In this document: in pieces, positions 9,491-19,012 of the stretch
Position numbering within the stretch: position 1 is the first letter of the stretch
Layout of the letters: each line of letters starts with the position of its first letter
Assembly: GCA_051599415.1 (NCBI GenBank)
Contig: AP039709.1
Span: 1-64,000 of the forward strand
Direction: 5' to 3'
DNA length: 64,000 nucleotides
From: Savitreella phatthalungensis
Lineage: Eukaryota
Made by a program: the position numbers and the translations under genes
Notes under the pieces: model-generated
What the model saw: only the letters and a program-made list of their open reading frames with translations
Databases searched by the model: none
Told to the model about the DNA's origin: nothing

Positions 9491-10993
9491 ATGAACTCGG
9501 ATCAGGTGAACTATCTCGTCTGGAGATACCTGAGTGAGTCAGGGTTCGATCATGCGGCTTGGTCTCTCAAGGTCGAGATGCGTAACGCCGAGCAGCTCGA
9601 CAGAATATGGGCGAACCGTGTGCCGACGGGCCACTTGATACATTCCCTGCAAAAGAGCCTTCTCTTCGACGAGTGCCTACAACAAGTTGATGAGAGCGGT
9701 CGACTCAAGGAAGAATCTGAGCTAGAAGGACTGGCTCCTGCTTTGATTCCCGTCGCCCCAATAGTTGCGCAGCCCAAGCCTCAGCAGTCGTCGAGCAAAA
9801 AGCCGAGCGGAGAAAACGGCTATGCAAATGGCGACATAGATACAGCGTCGAAAGACGTCGACATGACTGATTCAATCACAATTCAAGGGCCTCGAAGGAT
9901 CCCAAAGTCGTCAATAGTCACTTTACAGGGTCACGCCGAGGCTGTTGTCGGAGCGCAATGGCATCCATCTGAAGGTAATTGCCTTGCAACATGCTCTGCG
10001 GATGGCACGGCGCGCGTTTGGGATCTGGCTTCGGGCAAAAGCGCTGTGCTGAACTGTCTCCCCTGCAAGACGCCGGACAAAACGGTTACCGCGGTCTGCT
10101 TCAATCCGGATGGTAGTATGGTGGCTACCGGGTCATTTGACGGCGCGATTCGCCTGTTCAACAAGACGACCGGAGCACTACAATCTAGGCCCATCACGAG
10201 CAGCACAGGTCCAATCTTATCACTGAAATGGGGACGGACGCCAGAGACATGCCTGGCAGCCGGGGCAGATGGTCTAGTCCTTGCCATTGACACGCGTTCC
10301 GCGGTTGTCAAGCAGAAATGGCAGCATAAGATGGCTGTCGTCGAAGTGGAGTGGATAAGTGATGCTTTGTTTGTGTGTGCCACAGTTTCTGGCTCGCTCA
10401 AGCTTGTACAAGTCTCTGGCGCTGCTGATGCGCACGTTCGTGAATTCGCAGGGCACAAGGAACCCATAAACTCAATTCGCTGGCACAACAAAATGAATCT
10501 CTTTGCCACTGCTTCAGACGATTCAACCGTCAAAGTCTGGCGAGCTGATCGCGAAGCCGCGATTAAGACATTGCAGCATCACGTTGCGCCTGTTCAACAG
10601 ATCGAGTGGGCGCCTCCCACAGCGATACCTTCTGATCCAGACGGCCGCGTCCTCGTTTCGGCAGATCGTGCGGGCGTGGTCTGCATTTGGGATGCAGGTC
10701 GAGCGTCATTGTTACATGTCTTGAAGCACGAGCGTCCTGTTCCATGCGTAGCATTCGCGCTTGGTACCGGCTTACTTGTATGTGCTGGACAGGACGGCAA
10801 GACTACATTTTGGCGAGCTGACGATGGAAAGCAGCAACTGGAGGCGTTCATCGATCATGATGTCCAATTCGTCGCTTTCTCGCCGGTCACTGAGCCGGGC
10901 AAGGCCGCATCCGCACTGGTCCTCGCCACGAGCAATCCAGACGTTCTCGTCTTGCCTGCGTTAGCACTCGAGGCGCAGTCCGGCCTGGAGTAA
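9491..10993 (+). CDS. LisH/WD40 protein, TBL1/Sif2/Hif2-like (Set3 HDAC complex subunit)
   Basis: LisH motif SDQVNYLVWRYLSESGFDHAAW followed by multiple WD40 repeats. Confidence 0.85.
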   Translation: MNSDQVNYLVWRYLSESGFDHAAWSLKVEMRNAEQLDRIWANRVPTGHLIHSLQKSLLFDECLQQVDESGRLKEESELEGLAPALIPVAPIVAQPKPQQSSSKKPSGENGYANGDIDTASKDVDMTDSITIQGPRRIPKSSIVTLQGHAEAVVGAQWHPSEGNCLATCSADGTARVWDLASGKSAVLNCLPCKTPDKTVTAVCFNPDGSMVATGSFDGAIRLFNKTTGALQSRPITSSTGPILSLKWGRTPETCLAAGADGLVLAIDTRSAVVKQKWQHKMAVVEVEWISDALFVCATVSGSLKLVQVSGAADAHVREFAGHKEPINSIRWHNKMNLFATASDDSTVKVWRADREAAIKTLQHHVAPVQQIEWAPPTAIPSDPDGRVLVSADRAGVVCIWDAGRASLLHVLKHERPVPCVAFALGTGLLVCAGQDGKTTFWRADDGKQQLEAFIDHDVQFVAFSPVTEPGKAASALVLATSNPDVLVLPALALEAQSGLE

Positions 10994-11071
10994 CATTAAA
11001 CTTAGTTGTACTGTATTTTTAATATTCTATTTTTGTACCATCAGGGCAACCTTCGGGACCAATGTCGAACG

Positions 11072-12001
11072 ATGCCCGTTGACCGTTTGACAACATTCCT
11101 CGTCATCCTTATTCACGGCTTCAAAGGCGACGCGGATACATTTGGATCGCTGGCTGCCGATCTGGCCCGAGCAGTGAACGACGATGATTCTACGTACGTG
11201 ATCGAAACGTATCCTGCCTACGAGACTCGAGGCTCACTTGCCAATGCCGTGGAAAATCTAGGGAACTGGCTGAGTCGCCGGGTAGCAGAGCTGAATGAAT
11301 CGATCGTGAGAGTATGCTTGTTGGGACATTCGATGGCTGGGATTGTCGCGTCGGATTTGGCTCTTAGTCAAACAGACTTACCGATCGACATCGTGATAGC
11401 TCTTGACTCGCCGTTTCTTGGTTTGAGCCCGAATACTTTAACGAATAAGGTGGGCGACTTGTACGAGCAGGGCAAGTCTCTCCTCGAGCAGGGTTTGGCA
11501 GCGCATGCGCTTGGTCAACGACTCGTGAGAAACGCCACTAAAGCCGATGTGAACCAGGCGACAACTCCGATCTCCTCATCTGCAGTCCTTGGGTGGAAAG
11601 GAGTATCTGCGCTTGTGGCTGCCAGCGCCACCGCGCTGGCAGGCGGTGTATATTCACAGCGCGAGCGAATAGTGACTGGTCAGACATGGGTCACGGAGCA
11701 TCTTGAATTTGTAAGCTGCCTGACGGGCGAGCGAGCTGCTCTGCGGGATCGTCTCGCACGGATCTGCACAAACGAGCGGATTCGCTTTGCATGGTATTAC
11801 ACGGTCATTGATGGCGGACGACGCTTCTGTACTCTGCCCGACGGTAGAGCACACACTTGGCTCCACGCTGTTCGTAATCTAAAGGCTCGGGATGAGATTG
11901 CGGCGCATCGTGGCATGTTCTCACCAGACACCAATGACGGATATACGACACTGCTACATGACCTTGTGGCCGAACTTCAGGGATACGGTACAGGAGAATA
12001 G
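11072..12001 (+). CDS. Alpha/beta hydrolase (DUF676/PGAP1-like)
   Basis: IHGFKG, nucleophile elbow GHSMAG, DSPFLG and DEIAAHRGMF. Confidence 0.8.
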   Translation: MPVDRLTTFLVILIHGFKGDADTFGSLAADLARAVNDDDSTYVIETYPAYETRGSLANAVENLGNWLSRRVAELNESIVRVCLLGHSMAGIVASDLALSQTDLPIDIVIALDSPFLGLSPNTLTNKVGDLYEQGKSLLEQGLAAHALGQRLVRNATKADVNQATTPISSSAVLGWKGVSALVAASATALAGGVYSQRERIVTGQTWVTEHLEFVSCLTGERAALRDRLARICTNERIRFAWYYTVIDGGRRFCTLPDGRAHTWLHAVRNLKARDEIAAHRGMFSPDTNDGYTTLLHDLVAELQGYGTGE

Positions 12002-12016
12002 AAGACAACTGTCGCG

Positions 12017-14011
12017 CTACTGCTTGTCGTAATCTTCATCCACGTCGAGCTTACGATCGGTTGAGCCATTGCTGGTAGGGTCATTCTTGGAAGCAGCCGC
12101 AGAGGATCGGTCAGGCTTGACCGCGACTGGCTTTTCTGTAGCTGGCGATGAAACAGATGCTTGATGTGACGGCACGGGGTCAGGTGCCCTGCTACCAAGA
12201 TCCGGTGATCTTATCCGACCTGCGCTTGGCGACATGTTATAGTCTCTTCGAGGTCCGATTGGATAGTGTTGACGCTCATCGCGTGCATCGTATTCATGCG
12301 ATCTGTCGCGCGATGCCTGATGCCGTTCCTGTGGCTGCGATTCTGCGTATGTCGCCTTGGCTTTCTTGCTGCCATCGTCGTGCTCAGGCCCGTCAAATTC
12401 CCGTCTGCCTCGTTTCAAGTGATTGTCGGACAAGGATGATGGAAGCGGTGGCCCGCGTCTGTCTGTCTGCGGTGACTGGCCGCGATTTTGCGCCAAAGGC
12501 ACAAGGTTCTGGGTCGGCTGTTGCGGAGCTTGGGAATGAGATAAAGCTGTCTGTTGTTGAGATGCTGGCAGCGGCAGTGACTGCTGCTGCGACTGCTGAT
12601 AGGCATGCGGATGTGGGTGCTGGGACTGGTTCTGGGTCTGGTTCTGCTTCTGATTCTGGGCTTGGTTCTGGTGGTGAGCGGTCTGCATCGTGGGGCCTTG
12701 TGGGGGGCCTTGTGAGTGAGGTGGGTAGGTCTGGGGCGGATATCCCTTGCGGGGTTCCGGTGACCTGGGTGGGTAAAATTGCGTCGGCGGACCAGCAGGT
12801 GCGGCGGTTTGGCCATTCTCTGGTCTTACTTTGACATCACGAGGACCCGGCGGCGGCACGTTTCGCGGCGTCTGTCCACTCCTCAACATTTCCAGCCTGG
12901 CTTTTATGTGAGGATTCGTCGGATCGAGCTCGGCAGCGCGTTGGTATGCATCGAGCGCATCGCTGATCTGATTGTCGCACGACTCGTACAGCGTGCCGAG
13001 GTCATACCAAACCTCAGAAATGTATGGATTCAGACGGATGGCGCGTGAGTAAGCATCGAGAGCATCGCGAGACTGGTTTATCTGGTAATACAGCACACCG
13101 ATTGAGCACCAAAACGTCGGATTCCGCCCGTCACGGTACACCGCCTGCTGGTAAGCTTCGTACGCCTTGTTGTACTTCTGCTGAGCCATGTAGCATCGGC
13201 CCAAGAGATACCAGGATTGTGCATCGCTACCATCGGCTTCCAGAGACTTTGTTAGATATTGTACGGCGAGGTCCTGATTAGCAAACGACGATGATTGCTG
13301 GTGATAAAGCCAACCTAATTGTTGCAGTACTTTGGCGTGGTCTGGATTCTCTGCAAGCACCCTTTCGTAAGCTTCTTTTGCTTTGCCATAGTCTTTCTCC
13401 TGCTCATAGACATGGCCGATCTGAAACCATATGTCAACCTCAGTCAGCGGTTTTGGCGGATTTGCAATGATATACTGGAAGCACTCGAGCGATTGACGGT
13501 ACTTCTGCTGCTGTTTGTAGATAATGCCAAGTCGGAAATAGATCTCGTTGGCCTTCTCGAAATGAGGATCCATGCGCATCACTTGCGAGAATGCCTCTTC
13601 CGCATGCTCGAGACTGCCATAGCGATCGTACAGAATGCCGATGCCATACCACAGCTTTGGCTCCTTCGGATTTTGTAAATGGTACAGAGCTTGCTGGTAT
13701 GCGGAATAGGCTTTTTGGAGATCGTCCATCATCAAATAGCAATGGCCGAGAGATCCCCATGTCTCGCCGTTGTTCTGATCAAGATTGAGGATGCTTTGAA
13801 AGTACTCAACCGCTCGCGGAAACTGCTCTCTGGCTCGCAGGATAGCTGCAATCTGCGACATGGCAGGGATACTGTAAGGATTTTGTCGAAGTGCACTTTC
13901 GTACGCAGCCATGGCACGATCCAGGTCGTTCATCATTTCGGCCACCTTGCCCACTTGCAACCATGTTTCCTCGTTAACCGAGACAAGTCTTTGAAAGGGA
14001 GTCTGACTCAT
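12017..14011 (-). CDS. SSN6: General transcriptional corepressor Ssn6/Cyc8 (TPR repeats, Q/P-rich tail)
   Basis: Characteristic TPRs: KLWYGIGILYDRYGSLEHAEEAF, YQQAVYRDGRNPTFWCSIGVLYYQINQ and AIRLNPYISEVWYDLGTLYESC. Confidence 0.96.
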   Translation of the reverse strand: MSQTPFQRLVSVNEETWLQVGKVAEMMNDLDRAMAAYESALRQNPYSIPAMSQIAAILRAREQFPRAVEYFQSILNLDQNNGETWGSLGHCYLMMDDLQKAYSAYQQALYHLQNPKEPKLWYGIGILYDRYGSLEHAEEAFSQVMRMDPHFEKANEIYFRLGIIYKQQQKYRQSLECFQYIIANPPKPLTEVDIWFQIGHVYEQEKDYGKAKEAYERVLAENPDHAKVLQQLGWLYHQQSSSFANQDLAVQYLTKSLEADGSDAQSWYLLGRCYMAQQKYNKAYEAYQQAVYRDGRNPTFWCSIGVLYYQINQSRDALDAYSRAIRLNPYISEVWYDLGTLYESCDNQISDALDAYQRAAELDPTNPHIKARLEMLRSGQTPRNVPPPGPRDVKVRPENGQTAAPAGPPTQFYPPRSPEPRKGYPPQTYPPHSQGPPQGPTMQTAHHQNQAQNQKQNQTQNQSQHPHPHAYQQSQQQSLPLPASQQQTALSHSQAPQQPTQNLVPLAQNRGQSPQTDRRGPPLPSSLSDNHLKRGRREFDGPEHDDGSKKAKATYAESQPQERHQASRDRSHEYDARDERQHYPIGPRRDYNMSPSAGRIRSPDLGSRAPDPVPSHQASVSSPATEKPVAVKPDRSSAAASKNDPTSNGSTDRKLDVDEDYDKQ

Positions 14012-15587
14012 GGCGCACGTCGCAGCGATCAATGGCCTTTGATATGCAGATCTCTCTGATGCAAGCGTGAGTGCGCACAGTCAGTGACCACCGTTTCCCT
14101 TGTTGAATCTGCCCCGCGATCCTTGTCCTTGCAGCGATTCTTGCCTGGTCTTGATACCGTCGCTGGAATCGACCTTCGCTCGTGCAGTCTCCAGTTCGCC
14201 GCGCGCTGACGTGCGGTGCTGTCGCGTTTATGCGATCTATCGCTACAAGCTCTAATTATAAAAAAGGGGGGCTTGCCGGGCAGCCGGATTTCTCGGGGGG
14301 GCTTCACCTGGCTGTTCCACGGATTGAACGCCGAAAATGAAATAAGAGACCAAAAATTTGAGGCACTTGAATGAAGCGTGCAACCTGGGCGCAGCCAAGC
14401 TGGAGCCGAGAGGCAGAACGAAGAGGATTAGCAGGCAATCGTTCATATCGGGGATCCAATTTCTCTTGTGATCCACCCGCTTCAATGCGCCCTTCCGAGT
14501 CATAACAGGCAACACCTGTGCACCCTGTCAAGCATTCCCCCCACTGTGCATCATGGAGTGCTAAAAAGGTCCAGTCGGCGCGAGCTCCAAACAATGGGCG
14601 GTGAATTGTGATGACGAAGGCCAAAACACATGAACAGTGCACTTCAGCATTTCTTCTTCGACCAGTGCAGCAATGTCGATGTTGTCGGCTTGACTCGAGG
14701 ACGGAGACACTGAAAGCAAGTCAGCTCTAGCCATCAGCTGCAGATGGCTACAGCTGACCGTGTTTCTTCAGCGTCACTCGGGTTGCACACCTGCATCACG
14801 TCAAATCAGACAAACACTATCGCGACCGAACGTCCGAGGTAGCAACCATCTATAACCTATGACACAATAACCCTGCGTAGTGTCGTCTGGATTTCTGGCG
14901 CTCCTGTCGTTGTCATGCGACGGAATGCAGAACGTAAGGAATGCTCATCGTCCAGCCAACGACAGCATAAGAGCATCGCTCTTGCCCGTCTACGAATGAG
15001 ATGAGCTGATGCTCAGGATGCTTTCACCTTCCAATGCAGACTGCGGCGTAGGTGCAACATCTGTGGTTGTCGCGCCACCTGCTGGTACTACTTGTGCAGC
15101 TAGCACTGTGTAGATATTGAGCTACGCGGCCCCAATGGACTCGGGTCGTGAGCTTAGGATCGCAGCCTAGCCATCCCAAACAATTCGATGTCCTTGCTTG
15201 CTCCACCTTGGGACTTATTTGGAGACGTCGCCAGATACGGAGGCGAATAACGCGAGAGAATCCTTGTGCAGGACGTGCCGTGACTTCTGTCTCGGGCATG
15301 TACATTCCATATTTCCTACACGACCGTGATGTTGACAGCCATGTCGTGTGCATCGTGTGCACTTGATCACTTGAGATCGATGAAATCTGAGCACCGCGTA
15401 TGCGATGTCACGACTGCATGGACATCGTGCAAATCTGCCATGACCGTCTAGCACTCAACCTGCCTACACGGTCTAGGAATTGTCGACGATCGAGGAACAC
15501 AAGAGCCATGCGTATGGATTTTTGTTGGCGACACATCCAAAATCAAGACCTGGGACATTTGAATCGAGATGGAGATCATCATTCTCG

Positions 15588-16799
15588 TCACTTACAGGCA
15601 TTATCAGTCATCAAGTCATGCTCAATCACACTCTCTTGCGTGAACTTGAACAGCTCGTCAGGATCCCCGCAGTTGGGCTCGACGGCTGGTCCAAATGCAC
15701 CTGCAAGCGTGGTGCCAGCAAAGATACGATCCCAGGCCGACGCGCCCGAGTATCCGCAACGATACTCAGCCTCTTTGCGCAGGATTGAGGGCAGCTGTAA
15801 CGTAAAGCCGATGGCAGCGACAAGCAGCCCACCGACGAGATCAATGCGCCAGTGATGACGAAGATACATTGTCGCCCACCACTGCCAGAGGACGTAGACC
15901 GAAAGCAAGTACTTTCCCTTGGTCGAATAGCGTCCGATGTAGAACATGCAGCAGCAGCTGAAAGCTCCGTGGAGCGAGGGAAAAGCGCCAAACACCAACG
16001 GACTTGCCTTGAAGGCATTTTCGTACAGATGCGTGCTGAGTACCGTATCCACGCGCACTAGACCTGCCGGACTGCCGGGCATAGAGTAATTCCCAGGGGG
16101 CAGTGGATGTCCATATTGATCCCCGTACCAAGGCGCCGCCGTAGGATAGGTCAAATGGACCATGATTCCGAGGCAATTCTGGATACCGAATGACCAACCA
16201 TAGGCGCCAACGACTCCTGGTGGCGCGAATAGCCAAAGCCAGATTGCGCAAAGAAATGGCGAGGCAAAGTGAATTACGCCGTATGAAAGCCAAGCGAGTA
16301 CATCCAGACAGCCGTGCAAGCTTCCTGTGCCGCTGTGCAGCACGTTGAGCGCAATTGGAACGAAAACGAATGGCATCGCTTTGCGTACTGATCGCAACAC
16401 AAGCGCAGACCAGGCGAAGCTATAGACACCGATTGCCAGTTGACAAACCACGCCGACAGGGGTGAAGGAAAAGATTTGCTCGTCGCGAAGTTCGAGAACT
16501 CGGACGTGAATTCTAGGGCGCACATTTGGTGAGATGAGACGAGCGTTTTTGAAGGTCATAATCCAGATCAGGACGAAGATCACGTTGATGAAGACTTGCT
16601 TGAGAAGGAGTAAGAATGGTTTGCGGTTGACCAGGATGCGATAAATGAATGCCAATGGCAGGACCAATATTACGAGCATATGCCTGCTAGCATCGGCAGC
16701 AGCCCACTTTTCCGCAGGTTGCAGCGGTGGCTCTTCATCGTGAAGCAGATCGGTGCCGAGTAGTGCGGTTAATGAATGGCGTTGTGATTCGCGTCGCAT
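15588..16799 (-). CDS. Inositol-phosphotransferase, Aur1/Ipt1 (PAP2) family
   Basis: RPRIHVRVL, LAWLSYGVIHF, PTAAPWY, YSMPGSPAGLVRVD, FGAFPSLH and YLRHHWRIDLVGG. Start codon uncertain. Confidence 0.88.
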   Translation of the reverse strand: MRRESQRHSLTALLGTDLLHDEEPPLQPAEKWAAADASRHMLVILVLPLAFIYRILVNRKPFLLLLKQVFINVIFVLIWIMTFKNARLISPNVRPRIHVRVLELRDEQIFSFTPVGVVCQLAIGVYSFAWSALVLRSVRKAMPFVFVPIALNVLHSGTGSLHGCLDVLAWLSYGVIHFASPFLCAIWLWLFAPPGVVGAYGWSFGIQNCLGIMVHLTYPTAAPWYGDQYGHPLPPGNYSMPGSPAGLVRVDTVLSTHLYENAFKASPLVFGAFPSLHGAFSCCCMFYIGRYSTKGKYLLSVYVLWQWWATMYLRHHWRIDLVGGLLVAAIGFTLQLPSILRKEAEYRCGYSGASAWDRIFAGTTLAGAFGPAVEPNCGDPDELFKFTQESVIEHDLMTDNACK

Positions 16800-19012
16800 G
16801 TGATGTCTTCTGCAAGACGGTGATACCGGAGAAGAATATAAGAAGATTGCAATGCGTGCGCATGCACGAGGAACGTCCACGAGGTCGAGAGAGAAGCCGT
16901 GGATTGTGTGATATAAAGAGGTCTGCGTGCTATTCCTCTTCCAGCGGCATGGTCGAGTAACAAACCATCGCCAAGAGACATATGCACGACTTTGCTAGGG
17001 GAGGCTCGGAGTTCGTCAAGCACTCGCCGACAAGCATCTCTTTCGGAGCACCGGGCTTCAATTGAGCTCACACGACCGCTGATCCCCTGACATGACTTGC
17101 AATGGCTCCAAGACAGGGATTTCTATGAACGAGGCTCGGAAAACCTAAGCGGATGGTCATTCCAGCTTGGCGTCATGCTATCAGAGCTGTGCCTTCGGCA
17201 GGTATGTCGTGTGAGGGCCTTTCGATCATGTCTGCAGTCCAATCGCATAATCGAAGAGGCGTTTGTACTCAGAGGTAGTCGTCGGGAAAAAACTCTATTT
17301 TATTCGTCGACTGCACCAGGTTCTGATCCGAAATGTTTCAATTCAGGTAGTGGGGTATATACCGATATCTCACACAGGGCTATCGCAAGCCACAAATACA
17401 TCATCGTTATCGTATTGGCCTGAGTTTGTCCGGAATGTCCTGCCACCATGTATGCTCCAAGCAGAGACTTGGCGTCAAACAATCTTCTCAAACGACCTTC
17501 TTACGCAACCTCCCACAATAGATACTTATTGCGCCTGTCCCGTCTGTATCATACTCGCCTATAATGTCGTTTTCTTCACATCTGATCAATTGGATGTTGA
17601 AGAGTAGTGCAACGCGATAACTCGTCGTAGCTCATGAGAGTCCTCGGATATCAACGATTCGGCGTAGACAAATGGAATGGCATCACAGTCTTGCTCTAGC
17701 TGAACAATTTTTCAAGTAGAGGAGGCGCAGTGCCAAGGCCGTTAAGGATAAGATCGACGCTATCGCTTTTCGGGCACTTCAGCAAATGCAAGTGGACATA
17801 AGCCGTGTCAGAATTGAGCATCGCAATTGTGGCTTGTATATTGTGGCCTACACGTCAAAACACCAAAGCTTGCACGTGCGTTTGTGTGTGCGTGAGTGCG
17901 TAAAGCGCGTACTAAAATTATGACATACGTACGAAGCGCCCTTGCGAATATTGTTAACGGTCGACGCCGACGATGCATCCACGAAATAAATAAATCGTGT
18001 ATTCAAGCATAAGTGTAACAATCTATGGAGGAACACCGCTCCTGGTACCAATGCAAGGGCCACACAAATGGAAACCTTCGAAGAATGCCAATCAGAGTCG
18101 TGTCCTGTTTACGTAGAAGTCCAAGGCCTCCTCATCCTCGGCATTTTGCTGCAGGATTTGGCCTGACCGTTCTGCTCATGATATTGCAGAACGCATGCCC
18201 TAGGGTAGCCGTATAGTCCTCGAACGACCTCAGTTCCGTTCGCGGAGTATGTGCGTGTAATGTCCCTAAGCGCAGGACCGAGAAATGGGTTACTTGACCC
18301 TACCAGCGCCTCGGGTCCGGTGTCTGCGACGCTCAAACTTGAGCCCGAGGAGGATTTTGAGCTCGAGCTGTCTCGCCAAATCTAGACACAAATCCCGATT
18401 TAGGTCATTGCAAAGTGGGAGAATTGGCTTTCTCTATTCCTATCCATCGTGCGACGAGAATCTTTGATCTGCTTCGTTTATGCGCAAGATTGAAGAGATG
18501 CACAATTTGACGACTCAAATCAGTTCACGCACGTGTACTTGTCGTTGCCGTGGCTGGTGGGGCTTGAATACCACCTGCGCCCACCTGACTGAGGGCCACC
18601 TGGGGCATTCGCTGATTACCGGGGTCACCTCCAGTGCCCACCGGCATGTAAATCCGGCAATTGGATGATGCTCAAGCCTGGTAGCATCGATGGCGGCATA
18701 ATCCTGCGGACGCGCATGAATGCTCGTATTGTGCCCCGGACGGAGACTAGACGAAATGGTCCAGTAGGCGCCAAGAACCAAGTGCCCTTGTGCACGTTCA
18801 GCTATTAACAGAATCGCATCGTCCATAATTTTCATAAAATACATTCGTGGATTGATATTTTCATCGACATCCGCCCAGCTGACTCGAAGTCATCAACAAG
18901 TATTCTGAGCATCTCCGCACGCGGCATTCCCACTGTCGCGTACACATAGTATTTATGTTCAAGGAACCCGAAAGGTCTCAGGACTAGATGCAAAGGTGAC
19001 TCCACCGCGTCA

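Noticed and set aside
14410..14530. U6-like AGAGGATTAGCAGGC (plus) and U4-like GTGCACAGGTG..TGCTAATC (minus)
   Set aside because: No ACAGAGA box or U6 internal stem-loop. The U4 5' end and kink-turn are absent and the spacing is wrong.
18200..18230. Group I intron R/S-like motif (GACTATACG / GTATAGTCC)
   Set aside because: The partner P7 strand and the P/Q elements were not found in the required order.
18550..18610. tRNA-Sec-like stretch on the minus strand (GCCCTCAGTC..GCAGGTGGTATTCAAG)
   Set aside because: No complete cloverleaf; the anticodon and variable arms and a paired acceptor stem are missing.
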